Shown: piece after piece, positions 31,093 to 40,820 of the stretch
Position numbering within the stretch: the stretch's first letter is position 1
How the letters are laid out: each line of letters begins with the position of its first letter
The notes under the pieces: model-generated
Seen by the model: the letters and a program-made list of their open reading frames with translations, nothing else
What the model was told of the DNA's origin: nothing
Databases searched by the model: none
Source: Bacteroidales bacterium
GTDB taxonomy: Bacteria; Bacteroidota; Bacteroidia; Bacteroidales; UBA1402
Reading direction: 5' to 3'
Length of the DNA: 64,000 nucleotides
Assembly (NCBI GenBank): GCA_045627385.1
Contig: JAZQNO010000020.1
Coordinates: 11,475-75,474, forward strand
Made by a program: the position numbers and the translations under genes

Positions 31093-32136
31093 TCAACATG
31101 TCATCTCACCGCAAAGGCTCTGCGAAAGCAGGGCCTTTACTTTTTCCTGTCCGTCGGGGTCGTCGCGATATTCGCCCAGCAGATACATCAGCTTGCTGAC
31201 AAGGGCTTCCGTGGTGATGTCGTGGCCGCTCAGAATGCCGGCTTGCAGCAGATTGACGCCGGTGGCATAGCGGTCCATCTCCACCGTGCCTGTGCTGCAC
31301 TGTGTCTTGTTGACGATGATGATGCCGCGACGGATGGCCTCCAGCAGTTCCTGCTTGAGCCATTCCTGGCGCGAGGCGTTGCCCGATCCGAAGGTTTCCA
31401 GTACGACGGCTTTCAGGTCGGGAATGCCCAAGATGGCCTGCACGGTCTGGCGCGAAATGCCGGGGAACAGTTTCAGAATGGCCACTCGGCTGTCGGTCTG
31501 CGTCATCAGGCGCAGCGGCTCTTTGTCCTGCGGATAGTGGATGTTGGCGCTTTCGTAACGGATGTGGACTCCGGCTTTGGCCAGAGGAGGGTAGTTGTAG
31601 GAAGTGAAGGCATTGAAATGTTCGGCATTCTTCTTGGTGGTGCGGTTGCCGCGGAAGAGTGTGTCTTCGAAGAAGATGCAGACTTCGGGCACCATGGCGC
31701 TGCCGTCGGGGCGGGTGGCGGCTGCTATCTCTATGGCGGTGAGCAGATTTTCTTTGGCATCGCTTCGCAGGACGCCCACCGGAAGCTGTGAACCGGTGAA
31801 GATGACGGGCTTGGACAGATGCTGCAGCATGAAACTCAGGGCCGAGGCGGAATAGGCCATGGTGTCGGTGCCGTGCAGGACGACAAAACCCTTGTATCGG
31901 TCGTAATGCTCGAAAATGCTTTCTGCCAGGCGTTTCCAGTCGTCAGGCGAAATGTCGGACGAATCGACCATGGGATTGAAATGGATGGAATCGATGCGGA
32001 AACCGAACTGGTCGAGCTCGGGAAGATATTGGCGCAACTGGTTGAAATCGAGCGGCTCCAGTGATGCGTTCGGTCCGCTGGGGGCCATGCTGATGGTTCC
32101 GCCGGTAAAGATGAGCAGAATGGCTTTTTCGTCCAT
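31093..32136 (-). CDS. ansA: L-asparaginase type I
   Basis: IFTGGTISM, HGTDTMAY, TGSQLP, ETFGSGN; -7 element TATCTTTG at 32173-32180 (minus). Confidence 0.95.
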   Translation of the reverse strand: MDEKAILLIFTGGTISMAPSGPNASLEPLDFNQLRQYLPELDQFGFRIDSIHFNPMVDSSDISPDDWKRLAESIFEHYDRYKGFVVLHGTDTMAYSASALSFMLQHLSKPVIFTGSQLPVGVLRSDAKENLLTAIEIAAATRPDGSAMVPEVCIFFEDTLFRGNRTTKKNAEHFNAFTSYNYPPLAKAGVHIRYESANIHYPQDKEPLRLMTQTDSRVAILKLFPGISRQTVQAILGIPDLKAVVLETFGSGNASRQEWLKQELLEAIRRGIIIVNKTQCSTGTVEMDRYATGVNLLQAGILSGHDITTEALVSKLMYLLGEYRDDPDGQEKVKALLSQSLCGEMTC

Positions 32137-32238
32137 ATGTATTCAAATGAAAAATCGCTTGTAGAGAACGCTCAAAGATATAGGAAAGTTTGCGGAAAAA
32201 ATCTATTTTTGGGGACTAATCACAAGTATTCAGCCCAT

Positions 32239-34491
32239 ATGCGCCAAACCAATTACCAACTGTATGATTTTCTGGATTTCGATCCGGACCTCAATAAAGG
32301 CGAACGCCTCTGGAAAGCCTGCCGGCCGACCGGTATCGAAGAAATCGGCGGCGAAATTTTCCTGACGGTTCCTTTCCAACAGCAGCAGAATTCCAATGAG
32401 ATAGCTCCTGACGAGACAGTGGCACGCCGTCCCGTGCGTATCCGTCTGAAAGCCTACGGCGACAGCATCATCCGTGTGTCGGCCGCTTTCGACGAAGGCA
32501 AGCCGACCACCAACCCGGGCTCCCTGAGCGCCGTCCACGAAGATTCGGCCATGCTTCAGCTGCATCCCGAACTGAAGGCGGAGGCTCTTCATCTAGGCCC
32601 GGTTTCGAAGGAGGGCGACCAGCCTTGGCAAATCTTCGATACGAAGAATGTGCTGAGGGCTCAGGTCTGTTTCGCCGAACCGGCGCTGGAGCCTTGGAGC
32701 GACCTGCAGCCTGCGCCTGCCGAATCGATGGACCTGCGGCTGTATCCTCACGGCAAAGAAGTCCGTCTGCCCAAGTACGACATGTTTTCTCCGGCCCGTC
32801 ACGATGCGTTTCCCATAGCCTTTGTCACGGTGGACGGTGTGGCCGACCGAGCCACCTGCTCCATCGCCGCCAAAGCCGACGAGTGTTTCTTCGGCACAGG
32901 CGAGCGTTTTGCCAAGATGGACCTTTCAGGCCGCACCGTACAGTTGTACAACCAGGACGGCCAGGGTGTCAACAACCGCCGCGCCTACAAGAACATACCT
33001 TTCTATCTGTCGTCAGAGGGCTACGGCCTTTTCGTCCACACCACTTACTTTACAAAATTCTCGCTGGCCGAGCATTCGACCCGTTCGGCACAGGTGCTGG
33101 TGGACGAACCTGTCATTGACTTTTTCGCCATCGGCGGCGACACGCCCGAACGCATTCTCTACGGCTACCGTCAGTTGACGGGATTCCCTTCGATGCCTCC
33201 TGTCTGGAGTTTCGGCACCTGGATGAGCCGCATGACCTATTTTTCGGCCGACGAGGTGAATGAAATCTGCGACCGTATGCGTGCGGAGGGCTATCCCTGT
33301 GATGTGATCCATCTCGATACCGGCTGGTTCAAGACCGACTGGCTCTGCGAATGGAAGTTCAACGACGAGCGTTTTCCCGACCCGAAGGGTTTCATTCAGA
33401 AACTGAAGAAACAGGGCTATCGCGTGAGCCTCTGGCAGTTGCCCTACATTTCGTATGCGGCCGCCCAGTACGAAGAAGCCAGCCGCAACCACTATATCAG
33501 TCAGAGTGAGAAGAAGATTCAGGGCGCTTCGAACTTCAGCGTGCAGGATTATGCCGGCACCATCGATTTCACCTACGCTCCCGCCACCGAATGGTACAAG
33601 AATCTGCTGCGTCAGCTGCTGGAAATGGGTGTGGCCTGCATCAAGACCGATTTCGGCGAGGACATCCACATGGATGCCCAGTATCACGGCATGACGCCGA
33701 AGGAATTGCGCAACATCTATTCGCTCTATTATCAGAAGGCTGCCTACGAGGTGACGGAGGAAGTGAACGGGGAGGGCATCGTCTGGGCCCGCAGCGCCTG
33801 GGCAGGCTGCCAGCGCTATCCGCTTCACTGGGGCGGAGACTCGGCTTCCTCCTGGGACGGACTGGCCGGTTCTCTGAAGGGCGGTCTGCATTTCGGACTT
33901 TCGGGCTTCGGTTTCTGGAGTCACGACGTGCCCGGTTTCCACAGCGTCCCCAACTTTATGAACACCCGACTGGACGAGACGGTCTATGTGCGTTGGACCC
34001 AGTTCGGCGTCTTCACTTCGCATCTGCGCTATCACGGCTCCTTCAAACGTGAGCCCTGGCATTATCCGACCATCGCTCCAATCGTGCGCGACTGGCTGCA
34101 GCTGCGTTACCATCTGATGCCTTATATCCTGGAGCAGGCCCGCAAGACCACGCAGACGGGTTATCCCATGCTGCGCGCGCTCTGTCTGATGTTCCCCGGC
34201 GACAGGCTCTGCCGACATATCGACGACGAATACATGTTTGGCGACGACTTCCTGGTGGCGCCTGTGATGAATGCCGAAGGGGTGCGCGATGTCTATCTGC
34301 CGGAAGGCAAGTGGGTGAATTTCTTCACGAAGGAACGTTTCGAAGGCCCCGTCTGGCTGAAGGATCTCCAAGTGCCCTTGGAGGAAATGCCCGTTTATGT
34401 GCGCGAGGGCGCCGGAATTCCCTGGTATCCCGAAGAGGTGGCCTGCACCGACGATATGGATTTCAATAAAGTAATCATAAAACGTTTCTGA
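32239..34491 (+). CDS. GH31 glycoside hydrolase (YicI-like alpha-xylosidase or alpha-galactosidase type), cytoplasmic
   Basis: IHLDTGWF, nucleophile motif CIKTDFGE, WGGDS, acid/base WSHDVPGF, YMFGDDFLVAP; no signal peptide; -7 element TATTTTTG at 32204-32211. Confidence 0.9.
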   Translation: MRQTNYQLYDFLDFDPDLNKGERLWKACRPTGIEEIGGEIFLTVPFQQQQNSNEIAPDETVARRPVRIRLKAYGDSIIRVSAAFDEGKPTTNPGSLSAVHEDSAMLQLHPELKAEALHLGPVSKEGDQPWQIFDTKNVLRAQVCFAEPALEPWSDLQPAPAESMDLRLYPHGKEVRLPKYDMFSPARHDAFPIAFVTVDGVADRATCSIAAKADECFFGTGERFAKMDLSGRTVQLYNQDGQGVNNRRAYKNIPFYLSSEGYGLFVHTTYFTKFSLAEHSTRSAQVLVDEPVIDFFAIGGDTPERILYGYRQLTGFPSMPPVWSFGTWMSRMTYFSADEVNEICDRMRAEGYPCDVIHLDTGWFKTDWLCEWKFNDERFPDPKGFIQKLKKQGYRVSLWQLPYISYAAAQYEEASRNHYISQSEKKIQGASNFSVQDYAGTIDFTYAPATEWYKNLLRQLLEMGVACIKTDFGEDIHMDAQYHGMTPKELRNIYSLYYQKAAYEVTEEVNGEGIVWARSAWAGCQRYPLHWGGDSASSWDGLAGSLKGGLHFGLSGFGFWSHDVPGFHSVPNFMNTRLDETVYVRWTQFGVFTSHLRYHGSFKREPWHYPTIAPIVRDWLQLRYHLMPYILEQARKTTQTGYPMLRALCLMFPGDRLCRHIDDEYMFGDDFLVAPVMNAEGVRDVYLPEGKWVNFFTKERFEGPVWLKDLQVPLEEMPVYVREGAGIPWYPEEVACTDDMDFNKVIIKRF

Positions 34492-36056
34492 TGAACAATT
34501 TAGTACAACTGTCGACTGCCGACATCATTGTGTTTGTCGCCTATGTCGTGATCCTTTTGGGCATCGCCGTCTGGGCAAGTTTCGGAAAGAACAAGAGTGA
34601 CAATCTGTTCCTGGCCAACAAGTCGCTGGGCTGGTTCGCCATCGGTCTCACGATGTGGGGCACCAATGTGGGCCCGTCCATGCTGGTGGCCAACGCTTCG
34701 AGCGGTTTTGAGGGCGGTATCGCCGCCGGGATGTTCTCCTGGTATGCGTTTCCGTTCATCTTGTTGCTGGCCTTTGTGTTCGCTCCCCGGTATCTGGGCT
34801 CTCAAGTGAGCACACTGCCCGAATATATGGGCAAACGCTTCGGACAGAACACCCGCAGCTACATTGCCTGGTACACCATTCTGACCATCCTCATCTCCTG
34901 GCTGGCGCTGACGCTGTTCTGCGGAGGGGTCTTCATGGCGCAGATCCTAGCCTTCCCGCTGTGGGCATGCATTGTCATCCTGGTGCTCGTATCGGCTGCC
35001 TTCGCCATTGCCGGAGGTCTGAAAGCCATTGCCTATACCAATGTGTTCCAGATGCTTCTGCTCATCGGCGTATCGGTGCTGCTGGTCATTATGGGACTGG
35101 TCAAGGTGGGCGGAACGGGCGCGCTCATCGAAAAGACGCCGGCCGATTACTGGAATCTGTTCCGTCCATTGGCCGACAGGGATTTCCCCTGGCTGGCCAT
35201 CATTCTGGGCTATCCCATCATGGGTGTCTGGTTCTGGTGCACGGACCAGTCGATGGTGCAGTCGGTGCTCGGTGCCCGCGACCTGAAAGAAGGCCAGAAG
35301 GGCGCCAATTTCTGCGCCTGGCTGAAACTGCTCGACATTCCTCTGTTCATTCTTCCGGGTGTCCTGTGCTTCTGCCTGCTGCCCGAACTGGAAAATTCCA
35401 CCGATTCTTATCTGCAGCTGGTCAGCCACGTGTTCCCCTCGGGTCTGATGGGTTTGGTCATCGTGGTGATGGTCGCCGCTCTCGTCAGTACCATCGGCTC
35501 GGCTTTGAACTCTCTGAGTACGGTGTTCACCATGGACATCTATCTGAAGAAATTCCGTCCGGACGCTTCTGAAAAGGAAATCCGGAGCATCGGCCGCTGG
35601 GTGGTGGTCGCCGGAGCCGTATTGAGCATTTTCCTGGCCCTGGTCATCACCCGCATCCAGGGCTTGAGTTTCTTCAACATCTTCCAGTCGGTGCTCGGTT
35701 TCATCGCTCCTCCGATGTCGGCGGCCTTCCTGTTCGCCGCTCTTTGGAACAAGACATCCGCCAAGGCTGTCAACATCACGCTGACTGCGGGCACCGTCTT
35801 CAGCATCGGCCTGGGCATCCTTTATTATTGCGGTCTCATCCTGCCCGGTGTGCATTACCTGTATTTGTCGGCCGGCATTTTCGCAGTGCTGGCTCTTTAT
35901 ATCTGGATTCATTCTCTGCTTGAGAGCAGGGGAGCGGAAGCGCCCGAAAGTGTCGCTGTCGCCGCACCCGTCAAGGTGACGGGCGGACTGAAACTGGCAT
36001 GGGTGCTGCTGATTGTCTGCATGGCTGCCGCCTATCTGATTTTCAACGGTCATTAA
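34491..36056 (+). CDS. Sodium:solute symporter (SGLT/SSS family sugar transporter)
   Basis: About 14 hydrophobic segments, TLPEYMGKRF, WFWCTDQSMVQSVLGA, DIY. Confidence 0.93.
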   Translation: MNNLVQLSTADIIVFVAYVVILLGIAVWASFGKNKSDNLFLANKSLGWFAIGLTMWGTNVGPSMLVANASSGFEGGIAAGMFSWYAFPFILLLAFVFAPRYLGSQVSTLPEYMGKRFGQNTRSYIAWYTILTILISWLALTLFCGGVFMAQILAFPLWACIVILVLVSAAFAIAGGLKAIAYTNVFQMLLLIGVSVLLVIMGLVKVGGTGALIEKTPADYWNLFRPLADRDFPWLAIILGYPIMGVWFWCTDQSMVQSVLGARDLKEGQKGANFCAWLKLLDIPLFILPGVLCFCLLPELENSTDSYLQLVSHVFPSGLMGLVIVVMVAALVSTIGSALNSLSTVFTMDIYLKKFRPDASEKEIRSIGRWVVVAGAVLSIFLALVITRIQGLSFFNIFQSVLGFIAPPMSAAFLFAALWNKTSAKAVNITLTAGTVFSIGLGILYYCGLILPGVHYLYLSAGIFAVLALYIWIHSLLESRGAEAPESVAVAAPVKVTGGLKLAWVLLIVCMAAAYLIFNGH

Positions 36057-36074
36057 TCAAAACAGCTCGTTCAG

Positions 36075-39000
36075 ATGAAAAAGTTTATTCCGATGGCTGT
36101 CGCAGGGATGCTGGGGCTTGTCTGTCTTCCCTGTCTGAAAGCTGAAACCCTGTCGCTCAACGAAGCTTGGCAAACGTATCTGCTGGAATCCCACACGGGT
36201 GCACCCACCGATACCTTTACGGTGGACATTCCCCACAACTGGGACGACTACTACGGCTATCGGCAACTGACTCACGGCAATCTGCACGGTTCGGCGTTTT
36301 ATTCCTGCCATTTCAGTCTGACGGACAAGCAGTGGCACGACGGACGTCACGGTCTGCTCCGTTTCGAGGGTGTGGGCTCCTATGCGACGGTCCGGCTCAA
36401 CGGCCGCGATTTGGGACGCTATGCCGGAGGTCGTGTCTGCTTTTTCGTGGATGCCACCGAAGCGCTCAGAACGGGTGACAACTATCTGGAAGTGAAGGTG
36501 GAACACCCGGAAATGATCAGCGATCTACCTTGTGTTTGCGGAGGCTGTTCATCGGAATGGGGATTCAGCGAAGGTTCGCAGCCGCTGGGCATTTTCCGCC
36601 CGCTGAGTCTGGAACTGACCGATGAAGTGCGTGTGGAACCTTTCGGCGTGCATGTGTGGTCCAATGATGCGCTCGACACGCTTTTCGTGGAAACGGAAAT
36701 CCGTAACCAGACTTCCCGCGAACAGACTGTTGTCTTGAATTCAAAAGCAGTCGGAGCGGAAGGCGAGACGCTGTTGTCGTTTGACGGACTCGGTCTGAGG
36801 GTGCCTGCCGATACGGTGGTGATTGTGCGTCAGAGCGTCCGGCTCGACAAGTTCCGCCGCTGGAGTCCGACCGACCCCTATCTGTACAGCCTGGAATCGG
36901 TCCTGAATGACAGCCGTGGCACGCAGCAATACGCGCTTTCGACCCGTTTCGGACTCAGAAGCATTTCCTGGCCGGTGAAACGGCAGGATGGAGACGGTCG
37001 TTTCTATATCAACGGTGAGCCTTATTTCATCAACGGCACTTGTGAATACGAACATCTGCTGGGCGGCGGACACGCTTTTTCCGAGGCTCAGATCCGTGCC
37101 CGTGCCAAAGAAATCCTTTCGGCCGGTTTCAATGCCTACCGCGATGCCCATCAGCCTCACAATCTGCTCTATCAGCAGATTTGGGACGAAAATGGAGTGC
37201 TGTTCTGGACGCAGCTGTCGGCGCATATTTGGTATGACACGCCCGAATTCAGGGAAACTTTCAAGGCTCAGATGCGCCAGTGGGTGAGGGAACGCCGCAA
37301 TTCGCCTTCCGTGGTCCTCTGGGGCTTGCAGAACGAGAGCGTGCTTCCCGAAAGTTTCGCCCGCGAATGTTGCGAAATTATCCGCGAGATGGATCCGACG
37401 GCCCGTACGATGCGGGCCATCACCACCTGCAACGGCGGTGTCGGCACCGATTGGAATGTGGTCCAGAACTGGAGCGGAACCTATGGAGGCGACCTTTTCC
37501 TGTATGACCGCGAACTGGCCGGACCTTCGCAGCTGCTTAACGGTGAATATGGCGCCTGGCGCACTTTCGGACTGCATCAGGAACCGGCTCCTTTCGACGC
37601 CCAGGGTGCATACAGCGAGGAACGTTTCACCCAACTGCTGGAAACCAAGGTCCGCTTGGCCGAACAGGCCCGCGACCGGGTTTGCGGTCAGTTTCAATGG
37701 ATTTTCGAAAGTCACGACAATCCCGGCCGACGTCAGCCCGAAGAGGCGTACCGTGCCATCGACCGTGTCGGCCCTGTCAACTACAAAGGCCTGCTGACTC
37801 CCTGGGAGGAACCTGTGGATGCCTATTACATGTACCGTTCCAACTATGTGGAGGCTGAGGAAGATCCTATGGTCTATGTGGTGTCGCACACCTGGCCTGA
37901 CCGTTTCCCGACTTCTGCATCGGCCGATGTGGAAGTTTTCAGCAACTGCGATTCGGTGGTGCTCTTCAACGATGCCGACGGATGTCGTCTCGGCTCTCAG
38001 GCCCGACCGGAAGGGAAGGGCCGCCATTTTGTCTTCCAAAAGGTGTCTATCCGCTACAATGTGCTGAAAGCGGTCGGCTATGTCGGCGGCAAATCTTGCG
38101 CTGAGGATCTGATAGTGCTTTCCAATCTGCCCGAATCGCCCGAATTCAAGTCTTTGTACGTTTGCAGCGACGGTCGACGGCTGACGGCCAAGACCGATCT
38201 GCTCCGTCCGGCCAAGGGCTATCGCTATGTGTGCCGTCTCAACTGTGGCGGCGACGATTATACCGATGCCTACGGGCATCTGTGGCAGCAGGACAACCTG
38301 ATCTGGTCTCATTCCTGGGCGCAGGATTTTCCCTCGATGAATCCCTATCAGGCCAGTCAGCGCTGGACGGCCGATCCGATTGCCAATACCCGCGACTGGC
38401 CGCTGATCGGTCATTTCCGCTACGGCCGGCAGCGGCTGTCGTACCGTTTTCCTTTGCCCAACGGTTCTTATCGTCTCGAACTGTATTTCGTGGAGCCCTG
38501 GTACGGCACCGGAGGAATGAAAGACGCTTCCGGTCTGCGCCGTTTCGACGTGGCAGTCAATGGTGAAACCCGTTTGAAGGACTTGGATATCTGGTCAGAA
38601 GCCGGCCACGATGCGGGCTTGCGCAAGACTTTGGACGTGGAGGTGACCGATGGTTGCCTCTGCGTGTCGTTCCCGAAAGTGGAAGTGTCTCAGGCCCTGA
38701 TTTCGGCCATTGCCATTTCTTGCCGAGACCGCAAACTGAGCAAAGAGGCGACGGCCATGTTGCAGGAAAACCTGTTTCCTGTAACCAAGTCGCTGAATGC
38801 CATCGAATATGCGCAGAATTATGTGGACGACTGGTCTTGGGAGGAAGCCGACGGGATCTGCTATGGCAAACTCCCCTCCGAGTTGCTTCCTGAAGATATA
38901 CCGGCCCGTCCTTCTGTCAATTATCCGGCTGTGGAGGCGGCCAGGGAAGGGCAGTGGCGACAGATTTTTGAACGCAAGAAGGATGCCGTCATGTATATGG

Positions 39001-39299
39001 CTGCGGAAAACGGAACTCAGTCCATCACATGGGAGATTGCTACGGGGTTGGCTCAAGTCTACGCACTCCGTTTCAACTATCGCAATCTGTCAACGGAAGA
39101 TGTGCCGGTCAAGCTGCGTATGACTTCGGCCGACGGCAGAGTGCTGAAGGAGTCGGTTCTGACCTTCTCTCCCAATGACAGAGGCTGGAAGGCGCTCAGC
39201 ACCACCACAGGCACTTACGTGAATGCGGGAACCTATTTTATCGAACTGTCAGCCCCCAGCATGGAAGGCCTGCAGTTAGAAAGTCTGGATGTCCAGTAA
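36075..39299 (+). CDS. GH2 beta-galactosidase-like enzyme with malectin and C-terminal CBM-like domains, periplasmic
   Basis: SPI signal; LRFEGV, WGLQNES acid/base, NGEYGAW nucleophile, FSNCDSVVLF, malectin LNCGG...LYFVEPW...FDVAVNG. Confidence 0.9.
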   Translation: MKKFIPMAVAGMLGLVCLPCLKAETLSLNEAWQTYLLESHTGAPTDTFTVDIPHNWDDYYGYRQLTHGNLHGSAFYSCHFSLTDKQWHDGRHGLLRFEGVGSYATVRLNGRDLGRYAGGRVCFFVDATEALRTGDNYLEVKVEHPEMISDLPCVCGGCSSEWGFSEGSQPLGIFRPLSLELTDEVRVEPFGVHVWSNDALDTLFVETEIRNQTSREQTVVLNSKAVGAEGETLLSFDGLGLRVPADTVVIVRQSVRLDKFRRWSPTDPYLYSLESVLNDSRGTQQYALSTRFGLRSISWPVKRQDGDGRFYINGEPYFINGTCEYEHLLGGGHAFSEAQIRARAKEILSAGFNAYRDAHQPHNLLYQQIWDENGVLFWTQLSAHIWYDTPEFRETFKAQMRQWVRERRNSPSVVLWGLQNESVLPESFARECCEIIREMDPTARTMRAITTCNGGVGTDWNVVQNWSGTYGGDLFLYDRELAGPSQLLNGEYGAWRTFGLHQEPAPFDAQGAYSEERFTQLLETKVRLAEQARDRVCGQFQWIFESHDNPGRRQPEEAYRAIDRVGPVNYKGLLTPWEEPVDAYYMYRSNYVEAEEDPMVYVVSHTWPDRFPTSASADVEVFSNCDSVVLFNDADGCRLGSQARPEGKGRHFVFQKVSIRYNVLKAVGYVGGKSCAEDLIVLSNLPESPEFKSLYVCSDGRRLTAKTDLLRPAKGYRYVCRLNCGGDDYTDAYGHLWQQDNLIWSHSWAQDFPSMNPYQASQRWTADPIANTRDWPLIGHFRYGRQRLSYRFPLPNGSYRLELYFVEPWYGTGGMKDASGLRRFDVAVNGETRLKDLDIWSEAGHDAGLRKTLDVEVTDGCLCVSFPKVEVSQALISAIAISCRDRKLSKEATAMLQENLFPVTKSLNAIEYAQNYVDDWSWEEADGICYGKLPSELLPEDIPARPSVNYPAVEAAREGQWRQIFERKKDAVMYMAAENGTQSITWEIATGLAQVYALRFNYRNLSTEDVPVKLRMTSADGRVLKESVLTFSPNDRGWKALSTTTGTYVNAGTYFIELSAPSMEGLQLESLDVQ

Positions 39300-39307
39300 A
39301 AGAAAAG

Positions 39308-39341
39308 GCAAAAAAAGTCGGCCGTCATTTGCGGTCGACTT
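39308..39341 (-). terminator. Intrinsic terminator of the ECF module, also facing GH2
   Basis: AAGTCGGCCG-loop7-CGGTCGACTT followed on the minus strand by a T-run. Confidence 0.7.
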
Positions 39342-39804
39342 GGCGGAGTATCTCGCGTGTCCAGGCGTCTTCTGTCTGATAAAACTTGTAGATCTTTTCG
39401 GGACTCAGCAATTTTGTCAGCTGTTCGTAAAACTCCCGGTCTACCGTCGCCTGACTTTCTTTCAGCTCGATGATTCTTTTGTTGACGCGGGTGTAATTGG
39501 CAGCCGCGTCTTCCGTTTTCTTGAAACATTTGCCCAACTCGTGGTTGATTTTCCAGCTTTTCAGACTGTATTCGTTGTAGATGGGCCAAAAGAGATCGGA
39601 TTCTTCAGGAGTGAGACCGATGCGACTGGTGTAGAAAGCCACCATGCGCTGGCGTATTTCCAAGCGTTTGGCTTCGAGCTGCTGGCGGCGTTCGGCTTTC
39701 TGCGCCTCGGTCAGCTGTTGACCTGCGTTGGCTTGAGAAGTCTGTGCCGGCACATTGGCGCAAACAGACAGGAGCAGCAGAAGGGGAAGGAATATCTTTT
39801 TCAT
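39325..39804 (-). CDS. Secreted helical protein, Spy/CpxP-like
   Basis: Signal MKKIFLPLLLLLSVCANVPA; LTPEES..FWPIYNEY and LSPEKI pattern. Confidence 0.65.
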   Translation of the reverse strand: MKKIFLPLLLLLSVCANVPAQTSQANAGQQLTEAQKAERRQQLEAKRLEIRQRMVAFYTSRIGLTPEESDLFWPIYNEYSLKSWKINHELGKCFKKTEDAAANYTRVNKRIIELKESQATVDREFYEQLTKLLSPEKIYKFYQTEDAWTREILRQVDRK

Positions 39805-39811
39805 TGCCCAA

Positions 39812-40180
39812 TCAATCCATGTTGTCTTCGTCTTCGTAGAGGTAGTAGTAGATGGCGTTGCCATCGAGTGATCCGATCAGAATGTCTTCTGCGGTGAGTT
39901 CCGTATCGATGGAAATCTCTTCCAACTGATCGAGCAAAGTGTACTGTTCGGCCGGTTCTTCCTGGTGGCGGAGTTTCATCACACCGTTAATGGTGAGGAA
40001 CATCAGCACAAACATGGCAGCAAAATAAACATACGGGCGGAAACGGCCCCACATCGTCATACGCGGAGTCTCCATTTCGTCCAAACGGGCGTCCAGCCGA
40101 GCCTGAAAATCATCGAAATAATTCTCAGGGAGCTGGAAACAACTTCTGTCGCCCGGTTCTTTCAAACAATCCTTATTCAT
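39812..40180 (-). CDS. Single-TM membrane protein, candidate anti-sigma factor
   Basis: FQLPENYFDDFQARL N-terminus, one TM (YVYFAAMFVLMFLTI), directly downstream of ECF sigma. Confidence 0.6.
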   Translation of the reverse strand: MNKDCLKEPGDRSCFQLPENYFDDFQARLDARLDEMETPRMTMWGRFRPYVYFAAMFVLMFLTINGVMKLRHQEEPAEQYTLLDQLEEISIDTELTAEDILIGSLDGNAIYYYLYEDEDNMD

Positions 40181-40202
40181 AAAACTCTTTAAACATTCCT
40201 TT

Positions 40203-40229
40203 GACGATACTCGCTTTCAAAGGTTTAAA
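40203..40229 (-). promoter_or_regulatory. Candidate ECF promoter (internal, before anti-sigma candidate)
   Basis: Minus strand TTTAAACC-N15-CGTC, 22 nt before ATG. Confidence 0.7.
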
Positions 40230-40242
40230 ATATCAATTATTT

Positions 40243-40797
40243 CTATATCAAATCGGCTGTCAGGTAAGCCTGTATCTTCTTGACGGCTATGTGGTACGAG
40301 GCTTTCAGAGCGCCGACCGAAGTGCCCAGTATTTCGGACATTTCTTCGTATTTCATGTCGTCGTAATATTTCATATTGAACACCAGCCGCTGTTTGTCGG
40401 GCAGGTTCAGAACGGCTTTCTGGAGCTTCTCGGTAGTCTCATCGCCCGAAAAATAGGGGTCGCTGTGGAGTTGTTGCACCATCACATCTTCCAGATCGGT
40501 GAAATCGGCCAGGCTCTCTTCGCGCTGCTTGTTCAGAAACGAGTACGTTTCGTTGATGGCGATGCGGAACATCCAGGTGGACAGGCGGGAATCGCCTTTG
40601 AACTGATCCAAGTGCTCCCAGACTTTGATGAAGGTGTTCTGCAAAATGTCGTCGGAATCGTCGTGCGACAACACCATCTTTCGAATCTGCCAATACAGCG
40701 AATGGGACATCTCTTTGACGAGCCGGCTGAATCCCTGCCGCTTGGTCTTTTCGTCGGCAAGCAGTTTCAGAATCTCTTTTTCGGTTTGGATGTCCAT
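40243..40797 (-). CDS. ECF RNA polymerase sigma-70 factor
   Basis: Region 2 DDILQNTFIKVW...STWMFRIAIN; region 4 LPDKQRLVF...YEEMSEILG. Confidence 0.95.
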   Translation of the reverse strand: MDIQTEKEILKLLADEKTKRQGFSRLVKEMSHSLYWQIRKMVLSHDDSDDILQNTFIKVWEHLDQFKGDSRLSTWMFRIAINETYSFLNKQREESLADFTDLEDVMVQQLHSDPYFSGDETTEKLQKAVLNLPDKQRLVFNMKYYDDMKYEEMSEILGTSVGALKASYHIAVKKIQAYLTADLI

Positions 40798-40820
40798 AGT
40801 TGGCTGATTAACTAAATAAA

